Shown: positions 1-10,485, counted from the first letter of the stretch. The stretch is 64,000 nucleotides of DNA from an uncultured Verrucomicrobiota bacterium (GCA_902510815.1 CABXDI010000002.1:37344-101343); one strand, 5' to 3'. The notes: generated by a model from the letters alone, not told the origin. Program-made: numbers and translations.

Positions 1-2
1 TT

Positions 3-2744
3 GAGGATCGCAAAGCTCAAGGTTTACATCCTAAGCCAATTGATAGCGGCAAGCTTACAGCCGAAATTATTACTCAAATAAAAGACCCAAACAATAAACA
101 CAGGAGTAAATCTCTTGATTTTTTAATTTACAATACACTCCCCGGTACAACCGATGCCGCAGGAGAAAAAGCTAATTTCTTAGAAAAAATTATTTTAGGT
201 GAGTCTATTGTGGAAGAAATTTCACAAGCATTTGCTTTCGAACTTTTGTCCCACATGAAAGGAGGCCCGTCCGTAGAAGTTCTTCTTAATTTGGCTCTTA
301 GCGATGACATACCAATTGCTGAGAAAGCGGCGATAGTTCTGAAAACTCAAGTCTTCTTATATGAGGCAGACACTGAGCGACTCAAAATAGCTTTTGAAGA
401 AGGAAATAAGATTGCCAAAGAAGTTCTTGAAAGTTACGCCAAAGCAGAATTCTTCACAAAACTCCCAGAGTTGGAAGAAACAATCGAAATAGTAACCTAC
501 ATCGCTGGTGAAGGAGACATTTCTACTGATTTACTCTCTCCGGGAAAGGAAGCACATTCCCGATCTGATCGAGAACTACATGGAAAGTGTATGATTTCTG
601 AAGCTGCACAGAATGAAATTAAAGCACTTCAAAAACAACACCCAAACAAGAGCGTTATGCTGATTGCAGAGAAAGGCACAATGGGAGTTGGGTCTTCGAG
701 AATGTCAGGCATGAATAACGTCGCATTATGGACAGGTAAACAAGCAAGCCCCTATGTTCCATTTGTAAATATTTTTCCCATCGTTGCAGGAACAAATGGC
801 ATCTCACCAATATTTTTAACGACAGTCAGCGTGACTGGCGGAATTGGCATCGACCTAAAAAACTGGGTTAAAAAATTAGATGAAAAAGGAGAACCCGTAT
901 TAGATGAAAAAGGAGAACCCGTATTAGAGCAAGTATACTCTGTAGAAACAGGAACCACTCTGACTATCAATACCAGAACAAAAAAATTATATCGTGGAGA
1001 AACGGAACTAGTTGATATCTCTTCATCATTAACCCCCCAAAAGTTAGAATTTATTAAATCTGGAGGGTCCTATGCCGTTGTTTTTGGTAAAAAGCTTCAA
1101 AGTTTTGCAGCTAAAACATTAGAATTGGAATTAGAACCTGTCTTTGCTAAGGCCAGAGAAATTTCTCATCAAGGGCAAGGCCTAACCGCAGTAGAAAAAA
1201 TCTTTAATAGGAATGCAGTTGGAGTGGCTGAAGGAACAACCTTACACGCTGGTTCTGATGTCAGAGTAGAAGTTAACATTGTAGGATCGCAGGATACAAC
1301 GGGCCTCATGACCTCTCAAGAATTAGAATCCATGGCAGCGACTATTATTTCACCTATTGTTGATGCAGCCTATCAATCAGGTTGCCATACTGCTTCAGTA
1401 TGGGACAAAAAAGCACAGGCCAACATTCCAAAACTCATGAATTTTATGAATAGGTTTGGACTCATTACGGCAAGAGATCCGAAAGGCGAATATCACGCTA
1501 TGACCGACGTCATACATAAGGTCTTAAATGATATCACTGTTAATGAATGGGCAATTATTATTGGAGGTGATTCTCATACAAGAATGTCTAAAGGAATTGC
1601 CTTTGGAGCCGATTCTGGAACTGTTGCCCTCGCCCTAGCTACAGGTGAAGCCACAATGCCTATTCCGGAATCCGTAAAAGTTAACTTTAAAGGAGACCTT
1701 AAACCTTACATGGATTTTCGTGATGTAGTTCATGCCACACAATCTCAAATGTTGAAAAAGTTTGGTGAGAACGTCTTCCAAGGAAGAGTGATAGAGGTTC
1801 ACATAGGAACATTACCATCAGACCAAGCTTTCACCTTTACGGACTGGACTGCAGAAATGAAGGCAAAAGCTTCAATATGCATTTCTCAGGATGAAACGTT
1901 AATAGATTCACTAAAAATTGCTATAGGTCGAATTCAAATAATGATCGATAAGGGGATGGATAATGAAAAACAGGTTTTACAAGCTTTAATTGATCAAGCG
2001 AATAAAAGAATTTTAGAAATAACATCAGGGGAGAAACCAGCCATAACGCCTGATTCAAATGCCAAGTATTTTGCAGAATTCGTCGTGGACTTAAATCAAA
2101 TCGTTGAACCAATGATCGCCGACCCTGATGTCCATAATGAGGATATTTCAAAACGCTACACTCACGATACGATTAGGGCTCTTTCTTATTACGAAGGAGT
2201 AAAAAAAGTGGATCTTGGCTTCGTGGGTTCATGTATGGTGCATAAGGGTGATTTAAAAATTGTTGCTCAAATGCTTAAGAATCTGGAAAAGAAAAGAGGG
2301 AAAGTCGAGTTTGAAGCTCCGCTAGTGGTTGCAGCCCCTACTTACAACATCATTGAAGAGCTCAAAGACGAGGGAGATTGGGATATATTACAAAAATATT
2401 CTGGCTTTGAATTTAATGACAATGACCCCAAAAATTCAGCACGACTAGAATACGATAACATGATGTATCTGGAGAGACCAGGTTGTAATCTGTGTATGGG
2501 AAATCAAGAAAAAGCTGAAAAAGGCGATACAGTTATGGCAACATCAACCAGACTCTTCCAAGGAAGAGTTGTTGAAGATTCAGAACGAAAAAAAGGTGAG
2601 TCATTACTTTCTTCCACACCAGTTGTAGTCCTTTCCGCAATCCTTGGAAGAACACCAAGTTTTGAAGAATATGAAGTTGCAGTTGAAGGAGTCAACCTGA
2701 CAAAATTTTCTCCACCTTTAGAGGATTTAATTACAAGCTCATAA
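3..2744 (+). CDS. acnB: Aconitate hydratase B (aconitase 2 / 2-methylisocitrate dehydratase), 5' end cut by window edge
   Basis: Frame is open from nt 3 (EDRKAQGLHPKPIDSGKL..., AcnB N-terminal domain), upstream of the tracked GTG at 210. AcnB motifs IVGSQDTTG, GGDSHTR, GSCM, PGCNLCMGNQ. Confidence 0.93.
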   Translation, partial: EDRKAQGLHPKPIDSGKLTAEIITQIKDPNNKHRSKSLDFLIYNTLPGTTDAAGEKANFLEKIILGESIVEEISQAFAFELLSHMKGGPSVEVLLNLALSDDIPIAEKAAIVLKTQVFLYEADTERLKIAFEEGNKIAKEVLESYAKAEFFTKLPELEETIEIVTYIAGEGDISTDLLSPGKEAHSRSDRELHGKCMISEAAQNEIKALQKQHPNKSVMLIAEKGTMGVGSSRMSGMNNVALWTGKQASPYVPFVNIFPIVAGTNGISPIFLTTVSVTGGIGIDLKNWVKKLDEKGEPVLDEKGEPVLEQVYSVETGTTLTINTRTKKLYRGETELVDISSSLTPQKLEFIKSGGSYAVVFGKKLQSFAAKTLELELEPVFAKAREISHQGQGLTAVEKIFNRNAVGVAEGTTLHAGSDVRVEVNIVGSQDTTGLMTSQELESMAATIISPIVDAAYQSGCHTASVWDKKAQANIPKLMNFMNRFGLITARDPKGEYHAMTDVIHKVLNDITVNEWAIIIGGDSHTRMSKGIAFGADSGTVALALATGEATMPIPESVKVNFKGDLKPYMDFRDVVHATQSQMLKKFGENVFQGRVIEVHIGTLPSDQAFTFTDWTAEMKAKASICISQDETLIDSLKIAIGRIQIMIDKGMDNEKQVLQALIDQANKRILEITSGEKPAITPDSNAKYFAEFVVDLNQIVEPMIADPDVHNEDISKRYTHDTIRALSYYEGVKKVDLGFVGSCMVHKGDLKIVAQMLKNLEKKRGKVEFEAPLVVAAPTYNIIEELKDEGDWDILQKYSGFEFNDNDPKNSARLEYDNMMYLERPGCNLCMGNQEKAEKGDTVMATSTRLFQGRVVEDSERKKGESLLSSTPVVVLSAILGRTPSFEEYEVAVEGVNLTKFSPPLEDLITSS
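876..929 (+). repeat. Perfect 24-bp tandem duplication inside acnB (2 copies plus 5-nt partial third)
   Basis: ttagatgaaaaaggagaacccgta at 876-899 and 900-923, then ttaga. In frame, encoding LDEKGEPV twice. Confidence 0.95.
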
Positions 2745-2806
2745 TAACTATATTAATTAAATCTGAAGTTTGGGTTATTCTTAAACCTTTATTTCTAAAA
2801 TTTTAA

Positions 2807-3652
2807 TTAAGTAAGGGATATTCCTTTTGTTTCAATCTTAATTTTTCCCTCTTTATAAAGCTTTCCAACCGCTTGCTTAAAAACTTTTTTACTCATACCT
2901 GTGAATTCTTTAATGGATTCGGGTGAACTCTTATCATGAACTCCGAGAAATTTTTCTTCTGTTGATTCTAGAGAATTTAACAATTGATCAGCTGCGCTTG
3001 GAATCCTGGAATACCCTGGAGGATCTAAACTTAAATCAAGCAGACCATCTTCTCTGATCCGGTTGACATAACATTCTAACCTTTGCCCTGAATCTTCTAA
3101 ATTAGAAGTATCTCGTCCCTTTAAGAAACCCCAACAGGTACCATTAACGATTGCTCGAATTCCAATGTCAGTCCTTTCCACTGTAAGAATTGAAACCTTA
3201 TTACCAGTTCTAAGATGAGAAGGAATATCTTTAGAGACAAACTTTTTTAATTTTGATGATGCCACTAGTCGACCACTGACTTCATCAAGATAAATAAAAA
3301 CAACCACATAATCACCAACCCTAGATCTTCTAGGCTGCTCCCCGAATGGCAATAGGAGATCTTTTGGTAAACCCCAGTCAAGAAAAGATCCTGCCCTAGT
3401 CGAATCAATAACTTCAAGATATGCGAATTCCCCAGCAATTGCTTTTGGATTTTCCGTCGTCGCTATTAGCCGATCCTCTGAATCTAAATACAGAAATACT
3501 TTTATTGCATCACCCTTATTTATTGATTCAGGTACATATCTTTTTGGCAACAAGATCGATCCAAAATCTTCACCCCCATCAAGAAGTATCCCAGCTTCGT
3601 GCTCTTCGCTAAAGACCAAGTCATTAAATTGACCTATTTGTGGTGGAAACAT
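2807..3652 (-). CDS. CvfB/YitL-family S1-like RNA-binding protein
   Basis: 281 aa with repeated OB/S1-like segments and a C-terminal winged-helix-like tail (MSKKVFKQAVGKLYKEGKIKI) typical of the family. By-eye assignment. Confidence 0.65.
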   Translation of the reverse strand: MFPPQIGQFNDLVFSEEHEAGILLDGGEDFGSILLPKRYVPESINKGDAIKVFLYLDSEDRLIATTENPKAIAGEFAYLEVIDSTRAGSFLDWGLPKDLLLPFGEQPRRSRVGDYVVVFIYLDEVSGRLVASSKLKKFVSKDIPSHLRTGNKVSILTVERTDIGIRAIVNGTCWGFLKGRDTSNLEDSGQRLECYVNRIREDGLLDLSLDPPGYSRIPSAADQLLNSLESTEEKFLGVHDKSSPESIKEFTGMSKKVFKQAVGKLYKEGKIKIETKGISLT

Positions 3653-3763
3653 AATATAATTTGTAAAAGAATCTGCAAAGCAACGTGCTGTTAAGATAAT
3701 ACTAACTCAAAAATCTATTAATCGAATATATTAATACAAACTATTATAGCTATTTAATTAATA

Positions 3764-5554
3764 ATGACTCATATCAAAATACTGACCCTTATTATATTAG
3801 GCCTATCTATTATAAATCACTCTAATGGCTCACCCAAATGGTCTAAGAATGCTATATGGTATCAAATTTTCCCAGAGCGGTTCAGAAATGGCGATACTAC
3901 AAATGATCCGACTAAAGAAACACTCGATGGAACATGGCCATTTGATCCAGTAGAAGAATGGAGCATTAGCCCGTGGGGATCTGACTGGTACAAAATGCAA
4001 GAATGGGAAACTAAAACAGATAAAGATTTTTATTATAATGCTCAAAGAAGAAGGTACGGTGGTGACATCCAGGGAATAATAGATAAATTAGATTATCTAA
4101 ATGATTTGGGCGTCAATGCGCTATACCTTAATCCAGTCTTTGAGTCTCCATCTTTACATAAGTATGGAGCAACTCTATTGCATCATATCGATAATAATTT
4201 TGGTCCAAATCCCAAAAAAGATACAGCCATAATTCAAACAGAAAATCCTGCCTCTCCGAAGACATGGCAATGGACATCAGCTGATATGTTATTTCTAGAT
4301 TTAATTAAGGAATGTCATTCCCGTAATATGAAAATCATAATTGACGGTGTGTTTAATCACGTAGGTATTGACTTTTGGGCTCTAAAGAAAGTTCGAGAAG
4401 AAGGCCCAACCAGCCTTTATAAAAATTGGTTCACCATTAAAAAATGGGACGACCCTAAAACGACTGAAGATGAATTTACATATGAGGGCTGGTCAGGCCT
4501 TAAAGGGTTGCCAGAATTCAAACAAACAAAAAATGGCTATCCTGCATCTTTAAAGTCTTATTTTAATTCGGTAGTTAAACGATGGATGGATCCTAATGGT
4601 GATGGAAATCCAGAGGATGGAATTGACGGATGGAGACTCGACGTAGCGGCTGAAGTGCCAATCGATTTCTGGAAAGAGTTTAGAAAATGGGTCAAAGAAA
4701 TAAATCCTGAAGCTTACATTACTGGCGAAATCTGGTGGGAAGATTATAAAAACAATAAACTAAAAAACGCTTCCAAATGGATAAAAGGCGATACTTTTGA
4801 TGGTGTAATGAATTATAGATTCGCTGACAATTGTTATCAGTATTTTATACAACAAGAAAATTCACTTACTACCCAACAATTCTTAAACAAGATAAAAAAT
4901 ATTCATGAGGATTATGAATACAATGTTTGTCTGGGGTTACAAAACCTTCTTGGAAGTCATGATACACAGAGATTTATATCAATGATCGAAAACCCAAATC
5001 ATAGACTCGATCATGGAGCCAACCTGAAACGAAATAGAAATTATGCAGTTGGTCCATTAAGCGAACATAACATCAAGAAAGCAGATCAATTGTTAGCTTA
5101 TCAATTTTTCTCACCAGGCGCTCCATATATCTACTATGGCGATGAAGTAGGCATGTGGGGAGCAGATGACCCTGATTGTAGAAAGCCTATGATTTGGGAT
5201 GACATTCAATACGAAGATGAACACGCCTTACCCTATGGCAACCCTAGAAAAAAAGGTTACCGGGTTTCTCAAGATAAGAGTCGGTTAAATTTCTTTAAGA
5301 GACTTTGCGCTATTAGAAAAAGCAATACCTCACTATGTGAAGGAGATTTTAGCATAATCTTACAGAACAATAGAACTCGCATGCTAGGTTTCAAAAGAAC
5401 TCATAAACAAAATGAATGTTTAGCTTTTTTTAATTCCTCTGACACACCACAAGAAATTCCAAAGGTAGCAGATGACATGAAACTTGAATTATTTTCTTCT
5501 GGCACAACGAGAAAAATTATTAATTCTCAAGGATTCGTACTTTTCGTAAAATAA
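3764..5554 (+). CDS. Secreted glycoside hydrolase family 13 (alpha-amylase/neopullulanase-like)
   Basis: N-terminal signal peptide. GH13 conserved regions GVNALYLNPVFES, IIDGVFNHVG, GWRLDVAAEVP, YITGEIWW, LLGSHDTQRF. Confidence 0.9.
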   Translation: MTHIKILTLIILGLSIINHSNGSPKWSKNAIWYQIFPERFRNGDTTNDPTKETLDGTWPFDPVEEWSISPWGSDWYKMQEWETKTDKDFYYNAQRRRYGGDIQGIIDKLDYLNDLGVNALYLNPVFESPSLHKYGATLLHHIDNNFGPNPKKDTAIIQTENPASPKTWQWTSADMLFLDLIKECHSRNMKIIIDGVFNHVGIDFWALKKVREEGPTSLYKNWFTIKKWDDPKTTEDEFTYEGWSGLKGLPEFKQTKNGYPASLKSYFNSVVKRWMDPNGDGNPEDGIDGWRLDVAAEVPIDFWKEFRKWVKEINPEAYITGEIWWEDYKNNKLKNASKWIKGDTFDGVMNYRFADNCYQYFIQQENSLTTQQFLNKIKNIHEDYEYNVCLGLQNLLGSHDTQRFISMIENPNHRLDHGANLKRNRNYAVGPLSEHNIKKADQLLAYQFFSPGAPYIYYGDEVGMWGADDPDCRKPMIWDDIQYEDEHALPYGNPRKKGYRVSQDKSRLNFFKRLCAIRKSNTSLCEGDFSIILQNNRTRMLGFKRTHKQNECLAFFNSSDTPQEIPKVADDMKLELFSSGTTRKIINSQGFVLFVK

Positions 5555-5610
5555 TCCACCTAATATTCTTTTATCTTAGGTAATATAATAGAATAAAATC
5601 CCAATATATA

Positions 5611-7155
5611 ATGCCCATTTCTCCAGTTAAAATTACTCTGTATTTAGTTTTTATATTTGGCACTTTTTTAATTCAGATAAAAGCCAATGAAAACTGGAAC
5701 CAATTTAGAGGGCCTAATGGCTCAGGGGTTGCGAGCAAGAATTTCAAACCTCCTTTAAAAATTAACAAAAATAATATAACATGGTCTGTAGAAATACCTG
5801 AAGGGCTTTCATCCCCAATAATTTATGGAGATAAAATATTTTTAACAGGAGTCAAAAATAATAAATTACTAACACTATGCATAAATCGGAATAGTGGTGA
5901 GTTGCTATGGGAAAAATTTGCTCCTGATTGCCAAATTGAAAAAGTTCACAAAACGAGCAGCCCTGCATCATCGACACCATACGTTGATAGTAAACAATTA
6001 TATGTCTACTTTGGATCATACGGCTTACTTTGTTATGACCATGACGGTAAGGAAAAGTGGTCTAGACCTATTCCTACTCCTAAAAGTTTATATGGGATGT
6101 CAACTTCACCGTTGGGTTATGAGGACACGATAATCTTAGTGCTAGATAACGACTCTAACATCACAAAAAGTAGATTAAGCCAATCTAAAATAATTGCTTT
6201 TGATAAATCTAATGGCGTAACTAAATGGAGCGCCGAAAGACCTCACCACCGCAGTGGATGGTCAAGCCCAATCATTTGGAAGCATGATAAAGGGTCAGAA
6301 CTTATAGTTCTTGGAAACGATAAAGTTAGAAGTTATAATCCAGTAACTGGTTCAGAAAATTGGTTCGTAGGTGGTTTTTCAAGAGAAACGATTGCCATTC
6401 CCGTAGTTGGCAAAAATCATCTCTTTGTATCTTCAGCTCAACTAGGAGGAGTAGCCGATAACGAAATCGATCCAAAACCTTTCTGGAATGCTATATTACA
6501 ATTTGATAAAAATAAAGATGACAAAATTAGCAGAACAGAAATGGTAGGAGATTTTACCTATCCTTTACGACCTGAATTACCACTAGGCCATCCAGGGTTC
6601 GGAATCCCGATGCCTCATGACCCAAAAAGAAAAGAAGAAAGAATAAATGGTATTTTAAGATGGGTTGATAAAGACGGCGATCAATCATGGACAAAGAAAG
6701 AATTCATCAATCATATGTCATTTAGAAGGGGAACGCCTATTCTTCTCGCAATAAAACCAGGCGGGAAAGGTAATATTGAAAAAAGCCATGTAACTTGGGA
6801 ATTAAACAAGAGCATTCCTGAAATTCCTTCTCCAATATTTTACAATGACATTATTTATCTAATCAGAAATGGGGGTATACTCGCAGCGATTGACGCAGAA
6901 ACTGGTGATCAATACTACCGCGAACGCGTCAACGGTTCTGGCCAATACAGCGCTTCTCCAGTCTCAGCTAATGGTCATCTCTATCTGGTTTCAAATCGAG
7001 GACAAGTATCAATTATTAAACCTGGGGAAAATTTTGAGCAAGTACATGGTTATGAAATAGGTGAGCCAGTATTTGTAACACCTGCAGTTGACGCTCAAAC
7101 AATATACTTTCGAGGGCAAAAGAAATTGTGGGCATTCAGGAGAGCGATTCAGTAG
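5611..7155 (+). CDS. Secreted PQQ-like beta-propeller repeat protein with an internal EF-hand pair
   Basis: Signal peptide. NWNQFRGPNGSGV start and repeated W/G-rich blades typical of the PQQ-like (BamB-like) propeller family. Two Ca-binding loop matches, DKNKDDKISRTE and DKDGDQSWTKKE. Confidence 0.7.
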   Translation: MPISPVKITLYLVFIFGTFLIQIKANENWNQFRGPNGSGVASKNFKPPLKINKNNITWSVEIPEGLSSPIIYGDKIFLTGVKNNKLLTLCINRNSGELLWEKFAPDCQIEKVHKTSSPASSTPYVDSKQLYVYFGSYGLLCYDHDGKEKWSRPIPTPKSLYGMSTSPLGYEDTIILVLDNDSNITKSRLSQSKIIAFDKSNGVTKWSAERPHHRSGWSSPIIWKHDKGSELIVLGNDKVRSYNPVTGSENWFVGGFSRETIAIPVVGKNHLFVSSAQLGGVADNEIDPKPFWNAILQFDKNKDDKISRTEMVGDFTYPLRPELPLGHPGFGIPMPHDPKRKEERINGILRWVDKDGDQSWTKKEFINHMSFRRGTPILLAIKPGGKGNIEKSHVTWELNKSIPEIPSPIFYNDIIYLIRNGGILAAIDAETGDQYYRERVNGSGQYSASPVSANGHLYLVSNRGQVSIIKPGENFEQVHGYEIGEPVFVTPAVDAQTIYFRGQKKLWAFRRAIQ

Positions 7156-7179
7156 TTGATAAATCAACACTAACGAAAA

Positions 7180-8127
7180 TTACCATTTCCAAGATTGTTG
7201 ATCCCAAAATCCATATAACTGATCTACCGTCCCGTTGAAAAGATTTCTTTCTAGAGGGCAACCCATATCACCATAATATTTTGGAGACCGGTAATTATTA
7301 TAAACATAATTGTGAATTACAGACTTAGATTTTCTCTTATCCCAATAAACTCCCGAATACTGCCACAAAGACCAACGGTTCCAAACTCCATACTTTTCCA
7401 TTAAAAGATTTGGTGTTTCCATACTCTTTTTATTTGATGAGTATAAAGCAATCCAGTACGGGCACTGGGCCATTCTCTGTTTCTGACGCATTGTTGCCGC
7501 ACTCAAAACTCTTCTCAAATGATCACTATTCTCGAGGTAAATCATAGGCAATTGGCCAGTACGTTGTTCTATCCGGTTTATAAACCTAATGATATCCAAT
7601 ACCGACGACTTAGCATCAAAATCACCTACTAGGAGGATTTCGGGAGATCTCAATCTCTTGCTCGATTTAATTTTCTTAATCTGGTCGACGAATTTGTCTG
7701 CCTGCCAGACTGGATCAACCCCTTTAAGAACAAAATAGTATGCTCCTAAGAGCATCCTTTGTTTCTCTGCAGCTTCAAGAAATGACGCACATTTGTTATC
7801 TAACTTCTTACCTTTGCCGCACCGGGCGATAAGACCGAGAGCCCCATTCTGCCTCAAAGCTCTTAGGTCAAACTCATTATAATATGAACCCGAACGCTGC
7901 TTCTCTTTTGGATCGTACGAAGAAACATTAATAATATGAGGAGCAGCCGTAAATGGGTTATGCGAAACTCGTATATTCCTACTTTGAGGAATGCTCGCTG
8001 AACCTCTACTAGAGGCAGTTACCTTAATCTCATTACTCGTACAACCCGACAAGCAAAGTACCAATGAACTCACTAAGATAATTGCCCTTGAAATATATTT
8101 GGAGGCAATAATATCCATATCTTCCAT
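7180..8127 (-). CDS. GH25-like (lysozyme/muramidase fold) lipoprotein
   Basis: Lipobox LSGC. GH25-like blocks GAYYFV, PMIYLEN, PYWIALYSS, WSLWQYSG, RNLFNG. Canonical catalytic positions look substituted (see findings). Confidence 0.5.
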   Translation of the reverse strand: MEDMDIIASKYISRAIILVSSLVLCLSGCTSNEIKVTASSRGSASIPQSRNIRVSHNPFTAAPHIINVSSYDPKEKQRSGSYYNEFDLRALRQNGALGLIARCGKGKKLDNKCASFLEAAEKQRMLLGAYYFVLKGVDPVWQADKFVDQIKKIKSSKRLRSPEILLVGDFDAKSSVLDIIRFINRIEQRTGQLPMIYLENSDHLRRVLSAATMRQKQRMAQCPYWIALYSSNKKSMETPNLLMEKYGVWNRWSLWQYSGVYWDKRKSKSVIHNYVYNNYRSPKYYGDMGCPLERNLFNGTVDQLYGFWDQQSWKW

Positions 8128-8217
8128 GAATAAAATATGTCCCTGTTTACAAAATATGCAAATTCCATAATTATTATATTTTATTAATAATTTTATAATT
8201 TCTGATCAGTGAAGATA

Positions 8218-8910
8218 TTAATCACTGGATTCTCTATGTGATGAATTTAATTCACCGCTGTATAGCTGAATCGCTCTTTTCCCGACTATTCCCAATATTG
8301 AAGGTTGAATGACTCTAGCCGCTGCATTTGATGCCGCTAAACCGGCCCAAGTAAGCGGAGACTTATACCTTACAAGCTGAACGACTGGTCGAATTTTTTT
8401 ATATATTGGCGAACATGCTTGAACAATGGGATTTTTAGAAACCGTCTTACCCTTCTTATAAGTTCTAATCGCACTACCTGCACTAAAATCGATAAGCCTA
8501 CCAATCCTCTTCTTCTGTAAAAAATCTGCAATATCTGTGGAAGCAAGTTCAACTGCTCGTATAAATTCTCCTAATTTGGGAGCCTTTAGAGGCTCAGGAT
8601 CGTCTGGATAATACACAATCGCTATTTGTTCAACTAAAGGAGGAATTTCATTATACAGAGCTGTAAACCATTCTGGATTAATTTGCTTTTTAAGCCTTAT
8701 CGAATGCTGAGCTCCCTCTATTAGATCCATCGCTTGCCTGAATCTCTCATCACAATTTTTTTCAGATTCATTAATTAAGTACTCTCTATTAGTCCTTCTA
8801 ATGTCCGACCATAATCTAATTATTATTAGAAATAACCAAATTATAGAAGCACATAAAAAACCAGAACCAAAAGCAATAATCCAGTCGAAATGCTGATAAA
8901 AAAAATCCAC
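8218..8910 (-). CDS. Hypothetical membrane-anchored protein
   Basis: 230-aa ORF with one N-terminal TM helix, co-directional with and between ccp and the GH25-like gene. No family recognised. Confidence 0.5.
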   Translation of the reverse strand: MDFFYQHFDWIIAFGSGFLCASIIWLFLIIIRLWSDIRRTNREYLINESEKNCDERFRQAMDLIEGAQHSIRLKKQINPEWFTALYNEIPPLVEQIAIVYYPDDPEPLKAPKLGEFIRAVELASTDIADFLQKKRIGRLIDFSAGSAIRTYKKGKTVSKNPIVQACSPIYKKIRPVVQLVRYKSPLTWAGLAASNAAARVIQPSILGIVGKRAIQLYSGELNSSHRESSD

Positions 8911-8950
8911 TTTACTATCTATGTTTCGTTAAATATTAAATATTAATTTA

Positions 8951-10012
8951 TTATCCTTTTATTTTAGGATGTTCATAGTTTTGATCACCACTCAATGCAC
9001 GTAAAAATTCTACTAAATCATCAATATCCCGGTCAGATAAATTTAGGCTTCCCATTATAGGAGAAAGCAAAGGGTCTTTGCTACCTCCCTCATTATAAAA
9101 TTGAACAACTTTTTTGAGAGTACTTAACGAACCATCATGCATGTAAGGTGAGGTCTCTGCTACATTTCTAAGAGTTGGGGTTTTAAATGCTCTTTTCTCA
9201 TATTCTAATTTTGTCGCTACATACCTTCCCAAATCTTCGGGCAAGCCAAGAATTTTACTTCTATAACTAACACCTGTATTGTGAAATTGATTATCACTAA
9301 AAAGCACTCCTGGACCAGCAATTGAATGACATTGCCAGCATTGAGCTTGACCCGCAAACAATTGATATCCTCTCCGAGCAGGCTCATTCATAGCATCATC
9401 CTGGCCTTCGTAATACCATTTATCATATGCCGAATTTCCTGATACAAGAGTTCTTTGAAAAGCAGAAAGAGCAATAGCTAAATTACTCTCACTGATTCCA
9501 TCATCCCCAAAAGATTTAGTGAATAGTTCAACATAACCTCTCTTCTGTTTAAGTTTCTGAAGAACATCTGATACACTAGAATTGCCCATCTCATCATGAG
9601 CCAAAATAGGTTGCCAGGCTTGCTCTTCTAATGTAGCAACTCTTCCATCAACAAACATTGATTGGGCAAATGCAATATTCAGGAGTGTTGGTGAATTCCT
9701 ATGTCCTATTTTACCTTCAACACCGGAGGAAAGACGCTGACCATTTTGAGTGAATCCCTGATCAGGAACATGACATGTTGCGCAAGAAATAGAACCATTA
9801 ACAGATAGGAAAGGGTCAAAAAATAATTTCTCTCCTAATTTAGTAACAGCATTATTAAATAATGATTTATTAGGAATTTTAATAGATGGTAATCCTACTG
9901 CTGGATCTTCTATATCTGGAATCTTTAGTTGAGCCTTAGATACCGTAACAAATAGGATTCCAAAGAAAACTAGTCTAACCATTCCTAAGATCTTTTTTAT
10001 ATAATCCACCAA
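8951..10012 (-). CDS. Di-haem cytochrome c peroxidase (CCP/MauG family)
   Basis: Two CxxCH motifs (CATCH, CWQCH), PTLRNV...PYMHDGS block, signal/anchor at N-terminus. Confidence 0.9.
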   Translation of the reverse strand: MVDYIKKILGMVRLVFFGILFVTVSKAQLKIPDIEDPAVGLPSIKIPNKSLFNNAVTKLGEKLFFDPFLSVNGSISCATCHVPDQGFTQNGQRLSSGVEGKIGHRNSPTLLNIAFAQSMFVDGRVATLEEQAWQPILAHDEMGNSSVSDVLQKLKQKRGYVELFTKSFGDDGISESNLAIALSAFQRTLVSGNSAYDKWYYEGQDDAMNEPARRGYQLFAGQAQCWQCHSIAGPGVLFSDNQFHNTGVSYRSKILGLPEDLGRYVATKLEYEKRAFKTPTLRNVAETSPYMHDGSLSTLKKVVQFYNEGGSKDPLLSPIMGSLNLSDRDIDDLVEFLRALSGDQNYEHPKIKG

Positions 10013-10082
10013 TTATATGAAAATGCCTTTTTACAAAATCTGCAAGCTCTTAGACATTTCAAATTATGCATCTATCTTCTTC

Positions 10083-10433
10083 ATGATATCCGAAGATCCT
10101 GAATCATTAAATTATAGTATATTACAGAACTCATGTCCTGATACAGATAATCAGATTGAGAAGTATACAGGTATAGTGAGTTGGAAATATCTTGAAACTC
10201 ATTTCCTAAACGGTTCCATAATTTATGTAGATAAAAGTCTTGATATAAAAGAAGTGGGAAAAGCTATAGCTGAAGATAAAAAAGACAAAGTTAGCTCATG
10301 GCTATCCTCAGGTGATATACTAAAGCCAGGAAAAACACATGCAGAGCATTGGGAAAAATCTCGGACCAAATTCGTGGCTCTTGTAATTTCTCCCTTTGTG
10401 CTTATCAAAGAGAGCACTAAGAAGGAAAATTAG
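10083..10433 (+). CDS. Hypothetical protein (start uncertain; ORF opens at 10017)
   Basis: ORF followed by a canonical terminator. The 10017 start would leave only 4 nt to the divergent ccp start, so ATG 10083 is preferred. No confident family. Confidence 0.4.
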   Translation: MISEDPESLNYSILQNSCPDTDNQIEKYTGIVSWKYLETHFLNGSIIYVDKSLDIKEVGKAIAEDKKDKVSSWLSSGDILKPGKTHAEHWEKSRTKFVALVISPFVLIKESTKKEN

Positions 10434-10460
10434 GACAGTGAGCTTAGTCGACCTTACTCG

Positions 10461-10485
10461 ATGGCGTCCTGAACCGCCATTTTTG
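10461..10485 (+). terminator. Intrinsic terminator after the 10083-10433 ORF
   Basis: ATGGCG-tcctgaa-CGCCAT hairpin followed directly by TTTTT. Confidence 0.6.
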
